From contig JANRJK010000032.1 of the NCBI GenBank assembly GCA_033764015.1, forward strand, positions 1-24,808: a stretch of 24,808 nucleotides of DNA, given 5' to 3'. Made by a program: the position numbers and the translations under genes. The notes under the pieces were generated by a model that did no database searches, was not told where the DNA came from, and worked only from the letters and a program-made list of their open reading frames with translations. Source of the DNA: Candidatus Sumerlaeia bacterium (GTDB lineage Bacteria > Sumerlaeota > Sumerlaeia > SLMS01 > JANRJK01). Position 1 is the stretch's first letter. Every line of letters begins with the position of its first letter. Of the stretch, positions 1 to 7,334 are shown piece by piece.

Positions 1-115
1 GGGTTGGTTGCCTTCCCACCCCCCGGGGGCGCCTTCCCCCGGGGGTTTTTGGGTGTGTTTTTTTTTTTTTTTTGTTTTCTTTTTTTTTTTGGGTGCCCCC
101 CCCCCCCCCCCCCGC
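1..115. other. Low-complexity homopolymer stretch, probably a contig-end sequencing artefact
   Basis: Long T and C runs at the window edge; the reverse complement reads as poly-G then poly-A, typical of degraded read tails; composition unlike the rest of the window. Confidence 0.7.
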
Positions 116-161
116 AGCTTCGCGGGGAATCTGCTCTATCAGTCCCAAAGGGAAAAAAGCC

Positions 162-683
162 GTGAACAGAGTGCTATCGTCACTATCGAGTCTCTTGCTG
201 TGCGGACTCTGGGCCTATGGTCCGGCACAGGAAGCGCAGGAACCAGACCCGCTGGTCCTACCGAGCTGCAGAAAGACTGTCTGCAGCGTCACCGTCACCC
301 CCTACGAGATTAAGACCTCCCGGGTCACCATCACCCACAGCCCTTCCGGCTGCATGGACGACTATGCGGCAGCGCCGACGCAATCGACCATCTGGGGGGA
401 GCCAGTCACGACGGTCACCACATACGGCGGGGGGTGCTGCACCGGTGGTTCATGGTGGAAGGTTGGAGACATGCCACCGGTTGTCGACTGGGGGGAAGGA
501 CCTTGCGCGGCAGAAACACTGATCGCCGAAAGGCGGCTGCGCTTGGGAAACTGCACGAAAATCAGGCGAGAGTATGAAGGTAGCTGCTGGACGCAGAAAA
601 CGGTGACGTTTTGCCAAGATTACGAGTGTCGCCCCTTGCTTGTTTTCCGCGTCATTGAAGACCTTCTGGAGGTGATCAGGTGA
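162..683 (+). CDS. Small secreted cysteine-rich protein (173 aa), cassette 1 gene A
   Basis: GTG at 162 after purine-rich AAAGGGAAAAAA; N-terminus MNRVLSSLSSLLLCGLWAYGPAQ resembles a Sec signal peptide; 10 Cys after the signal; TGA overlaps the next GTG (GTGA, 680-683). The longer ORF from 72 runs into artefactual sequence. Confidence 0.75.
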   Translation: MNRVLSSLSSLLLCGLWAYGPAQEAQEPDPLVLPSCRKTVCSVTVTPYEIKTSRVTITHSPSGCMDDYAAAPTQSTIWGEPVTTVTTYGGGCCTGGSWWKVGDMPPVVDWGEGPCAAETLIAERRLRLGNCTKIRREYEGSCWTQKTVTFCQDYECRPLLVFRVIEDLLEVIR

Positions 684-1915
684 ACCAAGCGAAGCACATC
701 GTACACGCTGTGTCGGCGGCATTGCTACTCATGGCGCCGCAGCTCGGCGACTGCCAAGAAGTCGCGCCCTACGCGGCCGCGAAAGACACAGGCGCAATCC
801 TCTCCCCCGAAGAGTTTGCCGAGACGCGCCTCGCCGAGGAGCAGGAGGAGCGGGAGCAGCTCGGGCACGACGGCCCCCTGACACCGGGGCAGGAGCGGAC
901 AAAGGCGATCATGGAGGAGTGGGGCGCCCCCCTGCTCCCCGAGGACTCGCGAGTCATCGGGATTATCGCCGAACTGGACGGAACCCCGGGCGCCGAGAGC
1001 TTCGAGTGGTTCCTGAAGACCGGGTCGATGTCGCTTACGTACAGTAAGCGGAAGGCGATGGTACCCAGGCTGGAGGCCGCCTCGGAACGCCTCCCGGGGA
1101 GCGAACCTCCGGTGAATGCCATCGTTCTCTATTCCTGGCGATTCGAGATTTACGACACAACGACTCCCGGGAATGCCAACGCACCGGGCGTTGTGGCACT
1201 CAAGCCGGATCGTTCCCCCAGCCGGACCGTCCGCCTTGAGCGTTGGACCGCCTACGAGCGGCCCAACCTCGATTCCAGCGAGGTGAGCATACCGTTTCCC
1301 GCCTCCAAGACTTGGTTCACCTACAGTTACGATGAGGCGACGGAAGAGGTTAGGAATATCAGCTTCCTGACTCTGCTTGGGGAGCGAGGCATCTCGTTCG
1401 GGAATCTGCTGCAACCGTTCGAGCGGGAGATCGGGAACACCTTCCGCATTCGCCTTCCGAACGAGTTTGGCGCCGAGGTGCAGTCGTGGGATAACCCCGT
1501 CGTCAAGTTCGGCGTGGAGGAGCCGGAACGGTCGGCGCTCGCGTGGGCACTCCATGCCGCAGGGTCGGCGCAGGAGGAGGCCGGGCTGCTCGCGTCGGCG
1601 CTGCAGGCGGAGCCGGATGCGGTATGGATCGCGTGCCGCCTCGCGCTGCTCGAGCATCTAGGCGAGCAGTCAGGTCAACCGGTCTTGCCTGAGGCGGTGG
1701 CGGCCTTGGACCGGACCGAGGCGGCCTACGCAGTGGCGTTCCGCGGGGCGCTCCGCGCCCTCGAGTCCCGGTCTCATCACGACCTCGCCGCAGACCTCGC
1801 CGCCATCGCGCCGGATGCCCTTGTCTTGAACGCGTGGTCGGCACAAGTGCTGGCGAGGCTTCAGTCCAAGGACTCGTCGGTTGTACTTCCGGTGGTTGGC
1901 TTCTTCGGCGACTAG
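680..1915 (+). CDS. Secreted hypothetical protein (411 aa) with beta-rich middle and Ala/Leu-rich helical, possibly TPR-like, C-terminus; cassette 1 gene B
   Basis: Strong SD GGAGGTGATC at 668-677; hydrophobic N-terminal segment HAVSAALLLMAPQLGDC; segment ALQAEPDAVWIACRLALL resembles a TPR turn; protein-like composition, unlike the shadow ORFs. Confidence 0.8.
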   Translation: MNQAKHIVHAVSAALLLMAPQLGDCQEVAPYAAAKDTGAILSPEEFAETRLAEEQEEREQLGHDGPLTPGQERTKAIMEEWGAPLLPEDSRVIGIIAELDGTPGAESFEWFLKTGSMSLTYSKRKAMVPRLEAASERLPGSEPPVNAIVLYSWRFEIYDTTTPGNANAPGVVALKPDRSPSRTVRLERWTAYERPNLDSSEVSIPFPASKTWFTYSYDEATEEVRNISFLTLLGERGISFGNLLQPFEREIGNTFRIRLPNEFGAEVQSWDNPVVKFGVEEPERSALAWALHAAGSAQEEAGLLASALQAEPDAVWIACRLALLEHLGEQSGQPVLPEAVAALDRTEAAYAVAFRGALRALESRSHHDLAADLAAIAPDALVLNAWSAQVLARLQSKDSSVVLPVVGFFGD

Positions 1916-1953
1916 CCCGCCCGCCCGCAGCGCGCGGATGGTAATTGTCACCT

Positions 1954-1993
1954 ACTGCCTCGGGGCCGACGTCCTCATCGGCCCCGAGGCAGT
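1954..1993. terminator. Perfect 16-bp inverted repeat, probable bidirectional terminator between convergent genes
   Basis: ACTGCCTCGGGGCCGA (1954-1969), 8-nt loop, TCGGCCCCGAGGCAGT (1978-1993); followed by GTTGCTTT on +. Confidence 0.7.
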
Positions 1994-2025
1994 GTTGCTT
2001 TGATCGGACGCCATAACCCGCCGCC

Positions 2026-3693
2026 CTACGCCTCCGACGGCTTCTCCACCGGCCGTCCATCGATGGCGACCGGCACCGCGTCGAAGTGCCTCCGAGCCCG
2101 CTGCAGCGCCTCGCGCAGCTCCGGGAACTTCTCCATCGCGCGCTCCAGCGACACCTTCCCCGCCATCGGCCCCGCCATCACCTGCCGCTCGCTGTAGTAG
2201 CTGATCGCCTCGGCGATCGCGTCGCCGCCCGCGTAGCCGTACTCCACGTCCGGCGCCTCGTCCAGGTAGTCGGGCGCTTCCGGCGCGGCCGGCTTGGCGT
2301 CGCGCGCGCGCCCCGGCGGATGCACCACCGGAGGCAACCCCGTCGGCGCCGGCGCGGGCGGCTTGGCGGCCGCCGCCGGCGCGTCGACCGCCACCGGGCG
2401 CAGCGTCCGCGGCTGCGACGCGGGGCGCTCCGCCACCATCGCCAAGGAGGGCTCCGCGACCGCCGCGGCCGGGGCTGGCCGGGCGGAGGCCACCGGCGGC
2501 GGCGGGGGAGCGGAGGCCTTGCCCCCGCCCTGCGCGGCGACCGGCGGCGCGCCCCCGGAAGCGATCCCCTCCAGCAACTGCCGCGGGTCCACCGCCGTCA
2601 TCTTGATCAGCGCCAGCTCGAGCAGGAACCGCGCGGGCACCGCGCCGCGCAGCCGCTCCTCCAACTCGACGAACTGGTTCATCGCGTTCAGCAGGAACAC
2701 CAGCGACAGCGGCTCGACCGCCTTGCGCAGGCCCTCCGGATTGCCGCGCGCGATCCGCAGCAGCGTGTCCGGCGCGCCGGACTTCGCCAGCAGCGCGTCG
2801 CGCAGGTAGCTCAGGAACGTGCTCGTGAAGCGCAGCAGGTCGCGCCCCGAGGAAACCAGCTCGTTCACCAGCAGCAGGCACCCGGTCGTGTCGCGCGCCG
2901 CCAGCAGCGCCAACAGCCGCTCGAGCAGCTCCGACTCGACCACGCCGAGGAGTTGCCGCGCCGTCTCCAGCGTCACCTCCCCTTGCGACAGCGAGATGAG
3001 CTGGTCCAGCGACACCTGCGCGTCGCGCATGCCGCCCTCGCTCGCCAGCGCCACCGCCTCCAGGATCCGGTCGCGCTGCCCCGCGGCGAACGTGACGCCC
3101 TCGCGCTCCGCGATCTCCGCCAGCCGCTGCATGATCCCCGCGTTCTCCATCCGCTCGAACACGCAGTGCCGGCACCGCGACACCACCGTGTCGGGGATCT
3201 TCTCCGGGTTCGTCGTCGCCAGGATGAAGACGACGTTGGGGGGCGGCTCCTCGAGGCGCTTCAGCAGCACATTGAAGCTGTGGATGCTGAACATGTGCAC
3301 TTCGTCGATGATGTAGACCTTGTAGCGCGCGCTGAACGTCGCGCGGTCGATGCCCTCCAGCAGCGCCTCCGTCTCCTCGCGTTTGTTGTAGGTCGCCGCG
3401 TCCACCTCGATCACGTCCATGTTGCTGTCGTCGCGGACGCCGCGGCACTGCGCGCATTCGCCGCAGGGCGTCGGCGTGGGGCCGTTCACGCAGTCGAGCG
3501 CCTTGGCGAAGATGCGCGCCATGCTGGTCTTGCCGACGCCGCGCGGCCCGCTGAAGAGGTACGCGTGGCCGATCCGCCCGTCGCGGATTTCGCCGCGGAG
3601 CGCGTTGACCACGGTGCGCTGTCCCACCACGTCGTCGAAGGTCTGTGGGCGGTATCGGCGGGCGATGACTTGGTATTCGGGGTTGGAGGTCAT
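2026..3693 (-). CDS. dnaX: DNA polymerase III subunit gamma/tau
   Basis: YQVIARRYRPQTFDDVVGQ, Walker A GPRGVGKTS, Zn module C..PCGECAQC, Walker B IIDEVHM, LEEPP, SRC motif, GGMRDA; Pro/Ala-rich linker and short C-terminal domain. Confidence 0.98.
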   Translation of the reverse strand: MTSNPEYQVIARRYRPQTFDDVVGQRTVVNALRGEIRDGRIGHAYLFSGPRGVGKTSMARIFAKALDCVNGPTPTPCGECAQCRGVRDDSNMDVIEVDAATYNKREETEALLEGIDRATFSARYKVYIIDEVHMFSIHSFNVLLKRLEEPPPNVVFILATTNPEKIPDTVVSRCRHCVFERMENAGIMQRLAEIAEREGVTFAAGQRDRILEAVALASEGGMRDAQVSLDQLISLSQGEVTLETARQLLGVVESELLERLLALLAARDTTGCLLLVNELVSSGRDLLRFTSTFLSYLRDALLAKSGAPDTLLRIARGNPEGLRKAVEPLSLVFLLNAMNQFVELEERLRGAVPARFLLELALIKMTAVDPRQLLEGIASGGAPPVAAQGGGKASAPPPPPVASARPAPAAAVAEPSLAMVAERPASQPRTLRPVAVDAPAAAAKPPAPAPTGLPPVVHPPGRARDAKPAAPEAPDYLDEAPDVEYGYAGGDAIAEAISYYSERQVMAGPMAGKVSLERAMEKFPELREALQRARRHFDAVPVAIDGRPVEKPSEA

Positions 3694-3788
3694 GGGAGCG
3701 GAACCGCGGACAGTTTTTACTTTCCTTCGCCTGCGCGGCGGGGGGAGGTCAAGGGGATGTCATGGACGAATCGCGAGCGATTTTTTGG

Positions 3789-3821
3789 TTGACACGGGCG
3801 CGGGGGAGGGGGGGGGAGAAT
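3789..3821 (+). promoter_or_regulatory. Putative sigma70-type promoter for cassette 2 with a poly-G spacer
   Basis: Consensus TTGACA at 3789-3794 and GAGAAT at 3816-3821; the spacer is 21 nt (longer than optimal) and consists mostly of G runs. Confidence 0.35.
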
Positions 3822-3845
3822 TTGCGCTCGGAGGCACTAAAAATC

Positions 3846-4319
3846 ATGACAGCAAAAAAAAAGCATCTCGGATTCAAGGTTGCCTTGCTCCTAGGTACGC
3901 TATGCGTCATTGGCACGCCTAACGCGGCTGATGACCCAGTTAAGGCGACCTGCTCTCCCGGAGTTTCTCCTGGCTACATCCCTCCTCCTGAGTGTGTTCC
4001 GGAGCCTGAACCTGGATCCTGTATTGACTGCGATAGAAACAACAGAACTCCGGGCTGCGGGATGAGCGATCCAGTATGGGGATGCACCAATCCCGCGCAT
4101 TACTGGAAGCAGAATGATTCCCCGGGCTACTGTAAAGTTAATGAGTTAGTCAACGATTGCCACGTCAATGTGATCAACAACCGCTGGTGCCTCCAGCTGC
4201 ACTATTGCACATATGGCCGCACTCGGACGGCTAACGGTTCGATTTTTTGGTGCAAGTACGAGCCCGACCAAAATGCGATCACGGGGCAGATTCCCGGATG
4301 CTATTGGGAGGTAATGTGA
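3846..4319 (+). CDS. Small secreted cysteine-rich protein (157 aa), cassette 2 gene A
   Basis: GGAGG at 3830-3834, ATG at 3846; signal peptide MTAKKKHLGFKVALLLGTLCVIGTPNA; 12 Cys after the signal; TGA overlaps the next ATG (TGATG, 4317-4321). Confidence 0.8.
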   Translation: MTAKKKHLGFKVALLLGTLCVIGTPNAADDPVKATCSPGVSPGYIPPPECVPEPEPGSCIDCDRNNRTPGCGMSDPVWGCTNPAHYWKQNDSPGYCKVNELVNDCHVNVINNRWCLQLHYCTYGRTRTANGSIFWCKYEPDQNAITGQIPGCYWEVM

Positions 4320-5359
4320 TGAAGCCCAAGAGTAACAAGGGGATCGCCGCAGCGATGACGGCTTGTGCATTGTGTGGTGTTTCAGCTAAGCCTCCTGAGT
4401 TCTTGCCAGCTTTCCGAGCGCAAGCCCTATCCCGCGCCGAGCGAACGGAGCAGGTTGCTGTCAAGTACACGTGGAGGTCTATTCACACCGACCCGGCGAA
4501 CGGGGAGGCGCAGCTGACGGGTAAGCTCGATGTGCGCGTCCGCGGCAACCAATGGGCGGTCATCGAGCACGACATCGTGCACCATCTTCGCACCTCGGAC
4601 CAAACGTTCAATGCGCCCAGTGTCGTCACCCTCTTCGAGGACGGCAAACTGGTCGCGACGATCTGCGAGGGCGTGTTCCTGGAAAACGACAACCATCAGG
4701 TTTCGCACTTCACGCGGCTTCCCTACATCGAGAGCGACCTTGGCTTCGCGCGGGTCGGCCCCGACCAGCTCTCGCCATTCGAGGCGTATCTGACGTCGCA
4801 ACACTTCACCGAGGCGGCGGCGACCAAAGACGATCCGTTCCGGTTCGAGCACCACCTATACACGTTCGAGCCGGAAGCCGCTTGGGGCACGTGCGTCGAG
4901 TTGGGCATTGACCGGCTGGAGCCCGCCGCAGGACTCGCCGACTACCAAGCCACGGTCCAGCGCTTCCGCTTCGTCGATGGATCGACCGTCGATGTTCCGC
5001 TTGACTGGTACGAAGTCACCCGGGCTGCGGACGGCGTCGCCGAACGGATCGAGTTCGGCGAGACCGAGCCGCGCTGGCCCGCGATGGCGGCGTTCAGCCT
5101 TGACGAGGCAAAAGCGGCTGTTGCGGGGCCCCACCGGCAGAAGTCGATGACCGTGGACTTGGTGGGCACACTCCCCCTCGAAGCGGACGACCGCGTCAGC
5201 GTAGACGAATGGATCGACAAGGTTGGCGCGGTGAAGATGGGCGGGCGCATCGAACCCGTTGAGGCGGTCTCCGCCGAGGGCGCAGAGATGCGGCGACTGC
5301 TCGATTGGGACGCGGAGGCGCGGGCTTGGCGCCGGGTGGCCGCCAGCGAGGCTAAGTAA
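4319..5359 (+). CDS. Secreted hypothetical beta-rich protein (346 aa), cassette 2 gene B
   Basis: SD GGAGGT at 4307-4312, ATG at 4319; signal-like MKPKSNKGIAAAMTACALCGVSA; a helix followed by alternating beta-strand patterns (VAVKYTW, GKLDVRVRGNQWAVIE, VVTLFEDGKLV). Confidence 0.8.
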   Translation: MKPKSNKGIAAAMTACALCGVSAKPPEFLPAFRAQALSRAERTEQVAVKYTWRSIHTDPANGEAQLTGKLDVRVRGNQWAVIEHDIVHHLRTSDQTFNAPSVVTLFEDGKLVATICEGVFLENDNHQVSHFTRLPYIESDLGFARVGPDQLSPFEAYLTSQHFTEAAATKDDPFRFEHHLYTFEPEAAWGTCVELGIDRLEPAAGLADYQATVQRFRFVDGSTVDVPLDWYEVTRAADGVAERIEFGETEPRWPAMAAFSLDEAKAAVAGPHRQKSMTVDLVGTLPLEADDRVSVDEWIDKVGAVKMGGRIEPVEAVSAEGAEMRRLLDWDAEARAWRRVAASEAK

Positions 5360-5365
5360 GGGACC

Positions 5366-5394
5366 GGGGGAGCTGCTACGCCAGCAGCTCCCCC
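5366..5394. terminator. Perfect 12-bp hairpin just after cassette 2
   Basis: GGGGGAGCTGCT (5366-5377), loop ACGCC, AGCAGCTCCCCC (5383-5394); starts 6 nt after the TAA; only a short T tail. Confidence 0.55.
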
Positions 5395-5594
5395 TTCCAA
5401 ACCAACACGGCGGTTCCCCGGAGCGCCACGCGCCGGTCGCTCGGCGTGCCGCCGCGCGCGGAAAGTTGGCGCGCCACCATCTCCGTCTTGCCGAGCCGCC
5501 CACCCCAGTAGGGCGCTAGCAGGCAGTGCATCGAGCCGGTGACGGGGTCCTCGGGGATGCCGAGGCGCGGGGCGAAGAAGCGGGGAACGAAGCC
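5376..5594 (-). pseudogene. C-terminal remnant of a PhzF-family (DAP epimerase-like) isomerase
   Basis: GFVPRFFAPRLGIPEDPVTGSMHCLLAPYWGGRLGKTEMVARQLSARGG...KGEL* matches the PhzF C-terminal signature (RFFAP..G..EDPVTGSAH...YW...LGK....A.Q.S.RGG). No N-terminal portion or credible start lies upstream. Confidence 0.8.
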
Positions 5595-5728
5595 GGCGCC
5601 GGGCGCGCCCCGGAGCGGACGATTGACCTTGCTGCAGCGCGGTCCGTGGACCGTCGCGCAGTACCGCCAGGATGGCTGGTGAGCTAAGGGAATAGTTTCT
5701 ACCCGCCGCCCTCCCAGCCGCCTCCCCG

Positions 5729-5764
5729 AAAAGCACCGCCCGCGCCGGGGGCGGCGCGGGCGGT
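5729..5764 (-). terminator. Rho-independent terminator downstream of gcvPB
   Basis: 12-bp stem ACCGCCCGCGCC / GGCGCGGGCGGT (5735-5764) followed by GCTTTT on the minus strand, 27 nt after the gcvPB stop. Confidence 0.7.
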
Positions 5765-5791
5765 TCTGCCACTTGCCAGTTGCCGCGCCGA

Positions 5792-7303
5792 CTAGCCCTT
5801 CGCGGCGACCTCGGGCACCGGCTCGAAGGTCCAATCGCAGCAGACGCTGAGCTTGCGCGCCGCGTCGGCCTCGTTCAGGCGTCCGGTCGGAGTGGTGGTC
5901 GGGGCCGCGTGGAGCAGGTCCGGCGACTCCTTGATCTCGCGCGCGATCCGGTTCATCGCCGCGATGAACTGGTCGAGCGTTTCCTTCGATTCCGTTTCCG
6001 TCGGCTCGATCAGCAGGCACTCCGGCACCACGAGCGGGAAGTACATCGTGGGCGCGTGGAAGCCGAGGTCGAGCAGCCGCTTCGCGACGTCGAAGGCCTT
6101 GATGCCGTGGTCCTTCATCGCATGGCGGACCGTCACGAGCGCCTCGTGCTTGCACGGCTTCGCGTAGGGCTGCTCGTAGGTTTCCGGGTCGAGCTTCGCC
6201 AGCACGTAGTTGGCGTTGAGCGTCGCCAGGTTGGCCACGTCGCGGAGTCCCTTGCCGCCCTGCATCCAGCCGTAGGCGAGCGCCCGGACCAGCACGCCGG
6301 CGTTACCGTGGAAGGCCATCATCTTGCCGATCGAGTCGGCCGACTCGCCGGGGGCGGAAAGGTGGTACGAACCATCGCGGTTCCGCGTGATGCGGGGATC
6401 GGGGAGGTACGGCACCAGCTTTTCCGAGACGCCGACCGGCCCGGCGCCCGGGCCGCCGCCGCCGTGCGGCGTCGAGAACGTCTTGTGCAGGTTCATGTGC
6501 ACCGCGTCGAAGCCCATGTCGCCCGGCCGCGCGCGCCCGACGATCGCGTTCAGGTTGGCGCCGTCGTAGTAAAGCAGCGCGCCCGCCTCGTGCAGCACCG
6601 TGCTGATCTCGAGGATGTCCTTCTCGAAGATGCCGCAGGTGTTCGGGTTCGTTAGCATGATCGCGGCGGTGCGGTCGTCGATGGCGGCCTTCAGGTTCTC
6701 CATCGAAACGCGCCCGTCGGGGCCCGACTTGATTTCGCGGACTCCGAATCCGGCGAGCACCGCGCTGGCCGGGTTGGTGCCGTGCGCCTGGTCCGGCACC
6801 AGCACTACGTCGCGGTGCGGGCTGTGCGCCTTGTGGTAGGCCCGGATTGTGGCCATGCCGGCGAACTCGCCCTGCGCGCCGGCGGCGGGCGCCAGCGTCA
6901 CGCCCGGCAGGCCGAGCACATGCTTCAGCAGTTCCTGCAAGTGCCAGTAGACGCCAAGCATCCCCTGGATGTCCGCGTCCTCCTGCATCGGGTGCAGCTC
7001 CGAGAAGCCGGGCAGCGACGCCATGCGGTCGTTGAACTTCGGATTGTACTTCATCGTGCAGGAGCCGAGCGGATACATCTGCCCGTCGATCGAGTAGTTC
7101 CTCTGGCTCAGGCGCGTGAAGTGCCGGACCGTGTCGAGTTCCGACACCTCCGGCAGCGGCGCGGGCGCGGTGCGCCGCAGCGCCTTGGGGATCCCCGCCA
7201 GGGCGGAGCGGCGCTCGGCCGCGTCCGCCGCGGGGGGCATGACGCCACGGCGCCCGGACTGGCCGCGGTCGTAGATCAGGGGAAGGCGTCCTTGCGTGTT
7301 CAT
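5792..7303 (-). CDS. gcvPB: Glycine dehydrogenase (decarboxylating) subunit 2, glycine cleavage P protein beta
   Basis: LPEVSELDTVRHFTRLSQRN, YPLGSCTMKYNPK, AHGTNPASA, PLP lysine motif HMNLHKTFSTPHGGGGPGAGP, IEPTETESKETLD; ATG at 7303 with AGGAG SD. Confidence 0.97.
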   Translation of the reverse strand: MNTQGRLPLIYDRGQSGRRGVMPPAADAAERRSALAGIPKALRRTAPAPLPEVSELDTVRHFTRLSQRNYSIDGQMYPLGSCTMKYNPKFNDRMASLPGFSELHPMQEDADIQGMLGVYWHLQELLKHVLGLPGVTLAPAAGAQGEFAGMATIRAYHKAHSPHRDVVLVPDQAHGTNPASAVLAGFGVREIKSGPDGRVSMENLKAAIDDRTAAIMLTNPNTCGIFEKDILEISTVLHEAGALLYYDGANLNAIVGRARPGDMGFDAVHMNLHKTFSTPHGGGGPGAGPVGVSEKLVPYLPDPRITRNRDGSYHLSAPGESADSIGKMMAFHGNAGVLVRALAYGWMQGGKGLRDVANLATLNANYVLAKLDPETYEQPYAKPCKHEALVTVRHAMKDHGIKAFDVAKRLLDLGFHAPTMYFPLVVPECLLIEPTETESKETLDQFIAAMNRIAREIKESPDLLHAAPTTTPTGRLNEADAARKLSVCCDWTFEPVPEVAAKG

Positions 7304-7334
7304 CGGCTCCTGCGTCGGTTGCGGGTTGCGGTTG

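Noticed and set aside
8..161. Poly-Phe/poly-Pro N-termini of ORFs 8..313 and 72..683
   Set aside because: They are translated from homopolymer runs at the window edge, likely artefact; a good signal-peptide start exists at 162.
2026..3693. Programmed frameshift or slippage site in dnaX yielding a gamma subunit
   Set aside because: No A-AAA-AAG heptamer or long A run was found in the coding strand.
3694..3845. SRP RNA or tRNA upstream of dnaX, as found in many bacteria
   Set aside because: No SRP domain IV motif or cloverleaf was seen on either strand.
3846..4319. Cys-rich proteins as c-type cytochromes, ferredoxins or RiPP precursors
   Set aside because: No CxxCH (CIDCD lacks His) and no CxxCxxC; they have Sec-type signals rather than double-glycine leaders, and no modifying enzyme or peptidase-ABC exporter is present in the window.
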